Assembly (NCBI GenBank): GCA_963667725.2
Contig: CAXXHO010000003.1
Coordinates: forward strand, 992,001-1,056,000
DNA length: 64,000 bases
Reading direction: 5' to 3'
DNA from: Treponemataceae bacterium
GTDB taxonomy: Bacteria; Spirochaetota; Spirochaetia; Treponematales; Rectinemataceae
The translations under genes were made by a program, and so were the position numbers. A model generated the notes under the pieces. The model was not told the origin of the DNA. It made no database searches and was given only the letters and a program-made list of their open reading frames with translations. Each line of letters starts with the position of its first letter. Positions within the stretch are counted from its first letter, which is position 1. Of this stretch, positions 1 to 9,042 are shown in pieces.

Positions 1-2
1 TG

Positions 3-1127
3 GATCAGTGGGCTCTGACCGACCTCAAGTTCAATGTCGTGTCGCAGAAAGACAGCGTGGTCAACGTGTCGACCAAGATCGCCGGCATAACGGTCGTGGA
101 TGCCAAGGCGCAGGTGGACATGGTCCTTTCGATAGAAAACGATGTCCTCGTCGCCGAAGGCTCCGTGTATCTCGAGAGGGGACAGGTCATGATCGATCCG
201 CAGGGATTCCAGCCGGAAAACGCCGCCCCCGTCGATCCCGACGCCCTGGCCTTCAGGATCAAGGCGGCGATGACCTTCGGCAAGCAGCTCGAAGTTTACC
301 TTCCCGACAACAAGATTCCTCTCGTCCGAGGCTATACGTCTCCAGGCAGCTATCTGACGCTTCAATACGACTCCGCCTCCCAGGATTTCTCCCTGGACGG
401 AAAAATCGACCTCAGGACGGGGTATGTGCTCTATTATCTGAGAAGCTTCTTCCTCAAGAGCGGAAGCATCTATTTCTCCGAAAACAGCACGAAATTCAAC
501 CCCCTCATCACGGTCGCCGCGGAATTGAGGGAGTCGAACGCCCTCGGAACCGTCAAGATCATGCTGAACGCCGAAAATTCGCCTCTGGAGCATTTGAATC
601 CCACCCTCAGTTCGGTGCCCTTCTACAGCGAAACCCAGCTGATCGCGATGATGTCGGGCGGGGTCCTGGCCGCTGACACTTCGGAAACGCTCAATATCAG
701 GGAAGCCGCGATAGCCTCCTCGGAATTCATACCCCAGTTCAATATTTTTAAGTCGTTCGAAAGGAAAGTGCAGACCGCGTTGGGCCTGGATATCGTGTTC
801 ATACGTTCGTCCTTCATGCAGCGCTGGCTTCTCGACCTTACGAAGCCGGCCACCGAGGCGAATCCCGAGGATCCTCTGGCGCGCTATCTGGATCAGAGCG
901 AGCTCTATGTCGGGAAATACATAACCGATTCGGCCTTCCTTCATGCCGGCCTGAAGTTCCGCGAGGACCCCCTTGTGAGTTCGTCTCGTTTACGTCTAGA
1001 CTCCGAATTCGGCATCGAACTGGATTCGCCGATGGGTCTTATCAATTGGAGCATCACGCCTTCCATAGACGAAGGCTCTCTCGTCACCGGGCAGGAATTG
1101 AGCCTGAGCTGGCGATATGTGTATTAG
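3..1127 (+). CDS. tamB: Translocation/assembly module TamB-like protein, C-terminal part (5' end outside window)
   Basis: Frame is open from the window start. Beta-rich C-terminus ends in LSWRYVY, and the gene lies directly upstream of bamA as in spirochaete tamB-bamA-skp clusters. Confidence 0.75.
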   Translation, partial: DQWALTDLKFNVVSQKDSVVNVSTKIAGITVVDAKAQVDMVLSIENDVLVAEGSVYLERGQVMIDPQGFQPENAAPVDPDALAFRIKAAMTFGKQLEVYLPDNKIPLVRGYTSPGSYLTLQYDSASQDFSLDGKIDLRTGYVLYYLRSFFLKSGSIYFSENSTKFNPLITVAAELRESNALGTVKIMLNAENSPLEHLNPTLSSVPFYSETQLIAMMSGGVLAADTSETLNIREAAIASSEFIPQFNIFKSFERKVQTALGLDIVFIRSSFMQRWLLDLTKPATEANPEDPLARYLDQSELYVGKYITDSAFLHAGLKFREDPLVSSSRLRLDSEFGIELDSPMGLINWSITPSIDEGSLVTGQELSLSWRYVY

Positions 1128-1146
1128 ATTACCTAAGGGAACATAC

Positions 1147-3657
1147 ATGAGAAAAACTTTGCTGGCTTTTGCCCTGATCCTGGCTTTCGGTATGGTGGGC
1201 GCGCAGGAATCCTCGGAAGAATGGTTCTGGGATAAGTCCATCCAGTCCGTGCAGTGGGACGGAATAAAGAAAGCGAACAGGAACGAACTGGACGCCCTCC
1301 TCCGCAATTACATAGGCAAGCCGTTCACGCCCGATCTTTGGCTTGAGATGCAGTCGAGGCTGTATGAACTCGAATGGTTCGAAACGATAGAACCCCTCGC
1401 CGTGCGGATCGAGGACTCGAAGGAACAGCTCATCCTTCGTTTCGTGGTAAAGGAAAAAGCCTCGGTACTCTCCGTGCGGGTGAGCGGCAACTCAGGGGTC
1501 AGATCCTCCGACATTCTGGGAGCGATCGGCACCAAATCCGGCGATATATACAATCCCGCAAAAGCCAACCTCGACGATGTGGCCATCAAGAAACTCTATA
1601 ACGAAAAGGGTTATCCGGACGCCCTTGTCACTCATGAAGCGACGGCTTCCTCTGATCCTTCCCTTATGATCCTGACCTTCAAGGCGGTCGAAGGCGTCCA
1701 AGTCTCCCTCCGAACGATCAAATTCACGGGCAACACTTCGATGTCAGCCAAGACGCTCAAAGGGCAGATGACGCTCAAGGAAGCGGCTCTTTTCCAGAGC
1801 GGAGCTTTCCAGGAAACGAAGCTTGAGGAGAGCAAGAAAGCAGTCATCGACTATTACCAGTCCAAGGGCTTTGTGGACGCCAAGATCATCGACGTATTCA
1901 AGGAATATGAAAAAGACGCCGCTACGGGCAAAAACTGGCTGATACTTACCTTGGCCCTCTCCGAAGGCAGACAGTGGAAATACGGCGGCATGGCTTTCGA
2001 GGGAAACAAGGTCTTCGCCGAGGACAAGCTGAAAGGCCTCGTCACCCTGAAGCAGGGCTCCGTCCTCAACTACAAGAAGCTCCAGCAGGAAAAACAGAAG
2101 ATTGACGATCTTTATTATGAATCGGGATACATCTTCAACCAGATCAATCTGGCGGAAACGAGGGACGAGAACGCCGGTACCATCCTGTTCACGATAACCG
2201 TGACCGAACGCGACAGGGCTCACATCGAAAACCTGAGCTTCAAGGGCAACGAGAAGACCAAGGAATTCGTCCTGGCCAGGGAAGTGCCGCTGGAGGCGGG
2301 GGATATTTTCTCCAAGGCGAAAATTATCGACGGCCTTCGGAATCTGTATAATCTTCAGTATTTCTCCGCGGTGGAGCCTGAAATCCATCAGGGAAGCGCC
2401 GAAAACCTGATGGACCTTGTCGTCAACGTCGAGGAGATGAGCACGGCTGAAATCCAGTTCGGCGTCACGCTGAGCGGCCTGGGCCAGAGCGACTCCTTCC
2501 CCCTCTCCGGCTACGTCAAATGGAATGACAGGAACCTGGGCGGCAACGGCCAGAATCTCCAGGCCAATGTGACGCTCTCGCCGACGGAACAGTCGGTGGA
2601 AACCTCGTTCAGCGAAAGCTGGCTCTTCAATAAGAGAATCTCGCGCGGCCTGAGCCTTAAAGTGGGGCATAGCACCGAAACGACAGGTCAGGATATTCTC
2701 GGCCCCGTATTCACTGACCAGGATATCCCCGATCCTTTCGTGGCGATCGGCAGCGGCACCAACGAATGGAGCGGCTCCCTTTCCTCGGTCCCCGACCAGT
2801 ATCTCATGCCCTATGAAAACTGGGATTTCAGCCTTGGCTTCAATCTCGGCTACACCCTCAAGACGAGGGTTGGCGACATCGGCGCTACGGGCGGCCTGTC
2901 CTCAGGTCTGGGCATGATCAATTACGACGAGGATAAGTATAGGCCTTACGAAGCCGAGTTCCGCGAGACCAACCAGGACTGGCTCCTCACCAACAGGATC
3001 TATGGCCGCGCTTACCTGAACAATCTGGACTACTGGTACAATCCCTCCACGGGCTATTACGCCAGTCAGCGTATGACCGTCACCGGATTCCTTCCCTTCG
3101 AGCGACAGCACTATATAAAGTCAGAAACCCGCCTGGACGGCTATGCGACGCTTTTCTCCATTCCTCTCAGCGAAACCTGGAATTTTAAATGGGTTCTGAT
3201 GGCCCATTCCGGATTCCAGGCCCTCATGGCCGAGCCTTGGGCCGACTTCAGGGTCACGAAGGATTGGGTGAGTCTCGACGGAACCTTCAACGTGCGCGGT
3301 TGGGACGATCTCTACGGCTCGAAAGGCACGATGCTCTGGGAGAATTCCCTGGAGTTGAGAATGCCGGTGATAGACCAGATGCTCTGGATGGATCTTTTCG
3401 TGGACGCTGGCGCCATGAAGACGAGGAACGGCATGGTCGATATGACCTTGTCGACGCCTGCCGCCACCGGATCCAGCAGCCTTTCGTGGGAGAATTTCGC
3501 GTTCAGCACGGGGCTGGGATTCAGGTTTACCATTCCCCAGTTCCCCTTCAGATTTTATTTCGCGAAGCGCTTCACCTTCGACGGTTCGGATATAACCTGG
3601 AAGACCACGGGCACGGACTTCGATTTCGTGCTGAGCATAACGCAGCCGCTCTACTGA
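1147..3657 (+). CDS. bamA: Outer membrane protein assembly factor BamA
   Basis: Signal peptide MRKTLLAFALILAFGMVGA, repeated POTRA-type segments (GNxxT..., Y...GY), barrel with VRGW motif. ATG at 1147 follows AAGGGA. Confidence 0.93.
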   Translation: MRKTLLAFALILAFGMVGAQESSEEWFWDKSIQSVQWDGIKKANRNELDALLRNYIGKPFTPDLWLEMQSRLYELEWFETIEPLAVRIEDSKEQLILRFVVKEKASVLSVRVSGNSGVRSSDILGAIGTKSGDIYNPAKANLDDVAIKKLYNEKGYPDALVTHEATASSDPSLMILTFKAVEGVQVSLRTIKFTGNTSMSAKTLKGQMTLKEAALFQSGAFQETKLEESKKAVIDYYQSKGFVDAKIIDVFKEYEKDAATGKNWLILTLALSEGRQWKYGGMAFEGNKVFAEDKLKGLVTLKQGSVLNYKKLQQEKQKIDDLYYESGYIFNQINLAETRDENAGTILFTITVTERDRAHIENLSFKGNEKTKEFVLAREVPLEAGDIFSKAKIIDGLRNLYNLQYFSAVEPEIHQGSAENLMDLVVNVEEMSTAEIQFGVTLSGLGQSDSFPLSGYVKWNDRNLGGNGQNLQANVTLSPTEQSVETSFSESWLFNKRISRGLSLKVGHSTETTGQDILGPVFTDQDIPDPFVAIGSGTNEWSGSLSSVPDQYLMPYENWDFSLGFNLGYTLKTRVGDIGATGGLSSGLGMINYDEDKYRPYEAEFRETNQDWLLTNRIYGRAYLNNLDYWYNPSTGYYASQRMTVTGFLPFERQHYIKSETRLDGYATLFSIPLSETWNFKWVLMAHSGFQALMAEPWADFRVTKDWVSLDGTFNVRGWDDLYGSKGTMLWENSLELRMPVIDQMLWMDLFVDAGAMKTRNGMVDMTLSTPAATGSSSLSWENFAFSTGLGFRFTIPQFPFRFYFAKRFTFDGSDITWKTTGTDFDFVLSITQPLY

Positions 3658-3743
3658 TCGGGGACCGGCTGCCGCTAAGGACTGGCTGTCGCTTTGGGAC
3701 AGGCATCGCCGGGGTATCGGCGAGGATGCATGGAGGTAAGGAC

Positions 3744-4289
3744 ATGAATAAGATAGCGAAAGCGGGAACGATATGCGTGATTTTTCTCATATTGATGACG
3801 GCCCCTGTCGTGTCGCAGCAGATAACGCGCGTAGCCGTCGTAGACCTTTCTCGGGTCCTGTCGGCTTTTCCCGCTGACACCGCCGCCCTCAAGAACTTCG
3901 AGGCGAAAAAGGCGGAAATCCAGGCAGAAGTGGACAGGAGAGCGGCTGAAATCAAGAATCTGCAGAGTAAAAAGGCCGATTCCGATACCTTCGGCGACGG
4001 AGACCGCGCTTTCGACCTATCACGCGAGATCGAACAGAAAACGGAAGCTTTGAAGGAATATGTCAGCGCCAGGCAGAATGAGCTGGACCTTCTCGCCAAG
4101 GCGCTGAGCTCGAGCGCTTCATTCGTGCAGAAGCTCGGCTCGACGATCGCCAAAGTGGCCGAAGCCGAAGGGTATTCCCTGGTGCTGAATCTCAAGCCCC
4201 AGGATCAGAACGCGAGCGTGGTGTTGTGGAACAGCGCTTCCATCGATATCACCGACAAGGTCATACAGGCGATTCCCGCTTCTCGGTGA
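3744..4289 (+). CDS. skp: OmpH/Skp periplasmic chaperone
   Basis: Signal peptide, QQITRVAVVDL, coiled coil, AEAEGYSLVL...DITDKVI. GGAGG SD precedes ATG 3744. Confidence 0.9.
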   Translation: MNKIAKAGTICVIFLILMTAPVVSQQITRVAVVDLSRVLSAFPADTAALKNFEAKKAEIQAEVDRRAAEIKNLQSKKADSDTFGDGDRAFDLSREIEQKTEALKEYVSARQNELDLLAKALSSSASFVQKLGSTIAKVAEAEGYSLVLNLKPQDQNASVVLWNSASIDITDKVIQAIPASR

Positions 4290-4294
4290 AGCGC

Positions 4295-4786
4295 TCAGTC
4301 TTCCTGGTTCTGGCTGTCCGCCAGGGCTGAAGTCAGGGAGCGGAATCGTTCCTCGTTTTCGGCCGAAAGCATGCTCAGCTCCTTGTGGGCATCCAGAAGG
4401 AAGCTGACACTAAGCGCCTCCTGCGCCGCGAGTTCCGTTTTTTCCGCGGGCTCCGGGCAGGATTCGTCGGAGAACTCCAGCATTTTCGTCATTCCCATGG
4501 TTCTGAACAGGCTCATGCACTGCGCGTTGGCGTGATGTATCACAGGCTGGCCAATTCCGAGATTATGGGCCGTCTTGGCCAGGTAAACGATGAGACCCAG
4601 GAAGGTCGAGTCCATATAGAGGCAGTCGGAAAAATCGAAACGAAGAGAGCGCAGGCTCGAGTCCGGTCCCAGAAAGGCCTGAAGCTTGGCCTTGAGTTCA
4701 GGGCAAAGCGTTGCCGTGATATGACCGACAGGGATGATGACGAGACTCGTATCCTTTAAACCGAAAAAAATCTGCTCTGCTGTCAT
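4295..4786 (-). CDS. STAS-domain protein (anti-sigma factor antagonist-like)
   Basis: DFSDCLYMDSTFLGLIV matches the STAS phosphoserine motif. C-terminal 'LDAHKEL...NEERF' extension. Confidence 0.85.
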   Translation of the reverse strand: MTAEQIFFGLKDTSLVIIPVGHITATLCPELKAKLQAFLGPDSSLRSLRFDFSDCLYMDSTFLGLIVYLAKTAHNLGIGQPVIHHANAQCMSLFRTMGMTKMLEFSDESCPEPAEKTELAAQEALSVSFLLDAHKELSMLSAENEERFRSLTSALADSQNQED

Positions 4787-4835
4787 AACCTTCTTCTTTC
4801 GTTCCGTTCCAGTCCGCTGGAAGCGTTTTTTCGCC

Positions 4836-4864
4836 TTGTAGAGTAACCGTCCGATACGTATAAT
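4836..4864 (+). promoter_or_regulatory. Putative sigma70 promoter of mutS (probably leaderless)
   Basis: TTGTAG-N17-TATAAT. The ATG is 8 nt downstream and there is no SD. Confidence 0.6.
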
Positions 4865-4872
4865 TCAAGCCT

Positions 4873-7515
4873 ATGCCCGAACGCCTTGCAATGCTGGATC
4901 AATACCGCAGAATTAAAGCGCGTTATCGCGACGCCATCCTCTTTTTTCGCCTCGGTGATTTTTACGAGATGTTTTTCGAGGACGCGATCGTAGCCAGCTC
5001 CCTCCTCGATCTCACGCTCACGAAGAGGCAGGGGCAGCCCATGTGCGGGATTCCCTATCACGCGTATAAGCCCTACATCGCGAGGCTGCTCAAGGCAGGC
5101 AAGAAAGTAGCCATCTGCGAACAGCTTACGGCGCCAGGTTCCAAGGGAATAATTGAACGCGACGTCATCGAAGTCGTGACGCCCGGGACGACCATCGAGG
5201 AAGATTTCATCGATCACGCGTCCAATAATTATCTCGCAAGCCTCTGCAGCCTCGAGGGGCGGATGTGCATCGCCTGTCTCGATGTGTCCACCGGCGAATT
5301 CAGGGCTTATTCCAGCATGGAGGAGGGCGGGGGCGGCTCCGAAGCAGGGGCTGGAGCCGGATCCGGCGCAGAATTCCTTCGATCGGAGCTGTACAGACTG
5401 GCGCCGAGGGAAATCATCATCCAGCAGTCTTTATACGAGCGCCCCGAAATGGGAGCGATCATCCGGGAGATGGAAGGAATCCTCGTGGAACGCCGCCCGG
5501 ACTGGAGTTTCGACAGAGTGAAAGCCTTGGGGGAACTCAAGGAACGTTTCGGCGTAGCCTCCCTGAAAGGCTTCGGCTTTTCCGACGAAGCGCCGGAACT
5601 AGCCGCCGCGGGGATTCTTCTGGAATACCTGGACGAGAACGCCAAGACGCGAAGTCCCCATATCAGATCCCTTCTTCCCTATGACAGGGACGATCATCTT
5701 TCGCTGGATGAAGCCACTCGCAGGAACCTGGAACTCGTAAGGAACCTCTCCGATTCGGGGAAGCGGGATACGTTGCTTTCAGTGCTGGACAAGACAAAGT
5801 GCGCCGGGGGATTCAGGCTGCTGAGGCAATGGATACTCCAGCCGCTGCGGCGGAAAGGGCTCATCGAGGCCCGTCTGGATGCCGTGGAATACCTGTACCG
5901 GGATCAGCTTCTCCTCAACGATCTGCGCAGGCGACTGGGCGCCGTCCTGGATTCCGAACGTCTCATCGCGCGTCTCGCCATGGATAAAGCCCATGCCAAG
6001 GACCTGCTGGCCCTCGGGGATTCTCTGCGGGCTTCGCTCTCCATAGGCGACCTGCTGAAAGACAGGAGCGCGCCAGCTCTCCTCACCGAGGGCCTGGACG
6101 AGGAGGTGGAGAAAAGCTGCGCGCTGGTCTCAGGCATCATCGATCGTTCGATCAAGGAAGATCCTTCGATTCTCCTCACCGAGGGCAATCTCATGATGGA
6201 TGGATACAGCGCGGAACTGGATCATCTCCGCTCCGTCAAGAAGGATTCCACCCAGATTCTCGAGGAATATCTCGAGGAGGAAAAGAACGGATCGGGCATC
6301 CAGAATCTTCGGATACGCTACAATAAAATCATCGGATACTATCTTGAAGTGTCCAAGGGCAAGATCGACGCCGTGCCGGCGCACTTCATCCGGCGCCAGT
6401 CCCTTGTCGCGGGCGAGCGCTACACGACCGATCGCCTGGCTGAAATAGAGAGCGAAATCAACGGCGCCACGGAGAAAATCGCCGAGCTGGAAAAAAGACT
6501 CTTCCTTGAAGTCAGGGAAAGCCTGAAAATCCATATAGAGTCGATGGAACGCCTGGCGCGCGTCATCGCCGCCACCGATTGTCTCGCCTCGTTCGCCGAA
6601 ACGGCCACGGAGGGAGCCTATTGCAGGCCCGAACTTCTCGAAGAGTCGGTCATATCGATCAAGCAGGGGCGCCATCCCGTCGTGGAGGCCTGCCTTCCCG
6701 CGGGCGATTTTGTGCCGAACGACCTGGAGCTGGATACGGAAGGCGCCTGCTTCGCTCTCATCACCGGACCCAACATGGCGGGAAAGTCCACGATTCTCAG
6801 GCAGACCGCCCTCATCACCCTCATGGCCCATATCGGTTCCTTCGTGCCGGCGGAAACGGCCAGAATTGGGATCACGGACAAGATTTTCTGCCGCGTGGGC
6901 GCCCAGGACAATCTCGCGAGGGGAGAGAGCACCTTCCTCGTGGAGATGCATGAAACGGCCTATATCCTCAATACGGCGACTCCCCGAAGCCTTGTCATCA
7001 TGGACGAGGTGGGCAGGGGAACCGGGACGCTCGACGGCGTCTCCATCGCCTGGGCGGTGAGCGAGCAGCTTCTGGACGCCGTGCGCTGCAGGACGCTTTT
7101 CGCCACCCATTACCACGAACTCACCTCGATAAGCCATCCCCATCTGGTCAATCTCAGCATGGCCGTCCTCGAAAACGAGGGCGAAATCGTCTTCTTAAAG
7201 CGGCTAAAGGAAGGAGCGGCGGCCGGGTCCTACGGACTGCATGTCGCGAGGCTGGCCGGCATTCCCGAAGAAGTCCTCGCCCGGGCCAAGGCGCTGCAGA
7301 AGAGGTTCGTCAGTTTCGAGCGGAGCCTCTCGCCGCTGGCGGAAGCCGAACCCCCTGCCGTCGCGTCCCCTCGGATAAGGGAGCGGCAGCCCTCGCGCGA
7401 ACTGTTCTCGGCCGACGACATGGCGATCGCGAAACTCAGGGGCATCGATCCGGATCGCATGACCCCTCTGGAAGCCCTTCAGTTTCTTTCCGAACTCAGC
7501 GCGACGCTCCGCTGA
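4873..7515 (+). CDS. mutS: DNA mismatch repair protein MutS
   Basis: GDFYEMF mismatch-binding motif, Walker A TGPNMAGKST, DEVGRGT, FATHYHEL. Confidence 0.97.
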   Translation: MPERLAMLDQYRRIKARYRDAILFFRLGDFYEMFFEDAIVASSLLDLTLTKRQGQPMCGIPYHAYKPYIARLLKAGKKVAICEQLTAPGSKGIIERDVIEVVTPGTTIEEDFIDHASNNYLASLCSLEGRMCIACLDVSTGEFRAYSSMEEGGGGSEAGAGAGSGAEFLRSELYRLAPREIIIQQSLYERPEMGAIIREMEGILVERRPDWSFDRVKALGELKERFGVASLKGFGFSDEAPELAAAGILLEYLDENAKTRSPHIRSLLPYDRDDHLSLDEATRRNLELVRNLSDSGKRDTLLSVLDKTKCAGGFRLLRQWILQPLRRKGLIEARLDAVEYLYRDQLLLNDLRRRLGAVLDSERLIARLAMDKAHAKDLLALGDSLRASLSIGDLLKDRSAPALLTEGLDEEVEKSCALVSGIIDRSIKEDPSILLTEGNLMMDGYSAELDHLRSVKKDSTQILEEYLEEEKNGSGIQNLRIRYNKIIGYYLEVSKGKIDAVPAHFIRRQSLVAGERYTTDRLAEIESEINGATEKIAELEKRLFLEVRESLKIHIESMERLARVIAATDCLASFAETATEGAYCRPELLEESVISIKQGRHPVVEACLPAGDFVPNDLELDTEGACFALITGPNMAGKSTILRQTALITLMAHIGSFVPAETARIGITDKIFCRVGAQDNLARGESTFLVEMHETAYILNTATPRSLVIMDEVGRGTGTLDGVSIAWAVSEQLLDAVRCRTLFATHYHELTSISHPHLVNLSMAVLENEGEIVFLKRLKEGAAAGSYGLHVARLAGIPEEVLARAKALQKRFVSFERSLSPLAEAEPPAVASPRIRERQPSRELFSADDMAIAKLRGIDPDRMTPLEALQFLSELSATLR

Positions 7516-7567
7516 AGCAAAGCGTTCCGTTGAAGCAAAACGCTTTATCGGACGCGTCCATAGGCTG

Positions 7568-8344
7568 ATGAATGTAAAGCCTGTAAATGTCTTTAAAGCC
7601 TTGGCCTCGACCGTCGCCGGGTGGGTCGTCCCCCATTATTGCGCCGTATGCGGCGAGCGCGTGGACGCGTCTATCGCGACAGACGCGTCAGACGCGACAG
7701 ACGCGGCGGAGGAGGAGGGGAACCCCACTCTTTCGATACCCCTTTGCACGCGCTGCGGGGCGAAACTGACGCGGATAGGCGGCCGTCGCTGCAGGGTATG
7801 CGGCCAGGAGCTTTATTCCGAGCAGGATATCTGTTATGGATGCAGAGATATCGAGCGATCCTGTCCCGAAATCTACCCGCTCTTCAAATATTCCGGGCTG
7901 CCGGCCGTTCTCATGAGAGAATACAAGTCCTCGAAACGACGCTCCCTCGCGCCGTTCTGGGCTAGCCTCCTCTCCGAGGTAATCGATTCCCGCTGGCCCG
8001 GCAGAACCATAGTTCCCGTGCCTCCTCGCCCCGAGAAGATAAGGCGGAGAGAATGGGACCAGGTGGAGGCAATCGTCGCTGCGCTGGAGAAGAGGGGCTA
8101 TCGCGTCGAGCGAATCCTTGAGCGGCATGCCGGCGCACAGCAGAAAAAGCTGAACAAGGCCATGAGGAAGACGAATGCCGAGAAGGCATATTCGGTCATT
8201 CCCGCCAGAGTCTCCCGAATGCCGGCCGATCTCATTCTCATGGACGATGTCTACACGACGGGCGCCACGATCGAAGCGTGCGCCAAAGCCCTGCGCGAAA
8301 ACGGAGCCGTAAATGTCTGCGCCCTCGTCATCGCCGCGGATTGA
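7568..8344 (+). CDS. comF: ComF family protein (double zinc ribbon + PRTase-like domain)
   Basis: Four CxxC pairs, VPVP, LMDDVYTTGATI. Confidence 0.88.
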   Translation: MNVKPVNVFKALASTVAGWVVPHYCAVCGERVDASIATDASDATDAAEEEGNPTLSIPLCTRCGAKLTRIGGRRCRVCGQELYSEQDICYGCRDIERSCPEIYPLFKYSGLPAVLMREYKSSKRRSLAPFWASLLSEVIDSRWPGRTIVPVPPRPEKIRRREWDQVEAIVAALEKRGYRVERILERHAGAQQKKLNKAMRKTNAEKAYSVIPARVSRMPADLILMDDVYTTGATIEACAKALRENGAVNVCALVIAAD

Positions 8345-8414
8345 CGTCCTTCCCCAAAAGGTCTTTAGGCTTTATGCGGGCGTCACGGCCGCCCTGGCGA
8401 TATCCTTCTGGCTA

Positions 8415-8443
8415 TTGACTAACCCATTGTAGAATACTACTAT
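8415..8443 (+). promoter_or_regulatory. Putative sigma70 promoter of the rimP-nusA-infB operon
   Basis: TTGACT-N17-TACTAT in an AT-rich intergenic region. Confidence 0.65.
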
Positions 8444-8484
8444 AACGGCATGTAAAAAGCGCATGATTCTTTTTAGAAATAAGG

Positions 8485-8511
8485 AGAGTCGTTCTACGAC
8501 TCTTTTTTTTT
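8485..8511 (+). terminator. Intrinsic terminator/attenuator in the rimP leader
   Basis: Stem AGAGTCGT-tct-ACGACTCT running into a T9 tract, between the promoter and the rimP start. Confidence 0.75.
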
Positions 8512-8589
8512 GGTTTGATCTCCAGCATGCTGAGAGTTCAAATCTATCCGTTGCCGGACAATATCCGGAACAAATGCAGGCGAGGCGGC

Positions 8590-9039
8590 GTGGCGGACGA
8601 CAAAGATTTGGAACCAAGGATCGAAGAGATCCTGGGGAACGCGGGATTGCATCTCCTTGATTTTTCGCTTTTCAAGCACAAGGGGGGCATCAAGGTTAAG
8701 GCGGTCGTATATTCGCCTTCTGGGACGGGGACGGATGAATGCGCGAAGGCGCACAGACTCATTCTCCCCCAAATTCAGCTCGCTTTCGATGCGCAAACTC
8801 CAGATATTGAAATTTCGAGCCCAGGCATAGACAGGATCATCAAATCGTCGAGGGAGTGGAAGGCCTTCGTCGGCAAGGCGGTCAAAGTGCTGCTGCATGG
8901 CCGTGAAGAATGGATCACCGGGGAGCTGACCGGGTATTCCGAAGGGAAAATCAGTTTTTCCGTCGCGGGAGAACCAGTCACCATCGACATTTCATCCATC
9001 GCGAAAGCGCGCTTGGATTCTTCGCATAAGGGAGAGTAA
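8590..9039 (+). CDS. rimP: Ribosome maturation factor RimP
   Basis: EISSPGIDR motif, AKARL near C-terminus, first gene before nusA. GTG start at 8590 after GAGG (start uncertain). Confidence 0.9.
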   Translation: MADDKDLEPRIEEILGNAGLHLLDFSLFKHKGGIKVKAVVYSPSGTGTDECAKAHRLILPQIQLAFDAQTPDIEISSPGIDRIIKSSREWKAFVGKAVKVLLHGREEWITGELTGYSEGKISFSVAGEPVTIDISSIAKARLDSSHKGE

Positions 9040-9042
9040 GCA

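Noticed and set aside
3189..3743. Long N-terminal extension of Skp in the ORF track
   Set aside because: It overlaps bamA in another frame. The SD and signal peptide place the start at 3744.
3658..3743. GC-rich bamA-skp spacer as an ncRNA or riboswitch
   Set aside because: Only short possible stems, with no recognisable family motif.
7513..7546. TGAAGCAAA direct repeat and AAAGCGTT/AACGCTTT inverted repeat after mutS
   Set aside because: Short, weak stem without a U-tract, which cannot be distinguished from chance or a small duplication.
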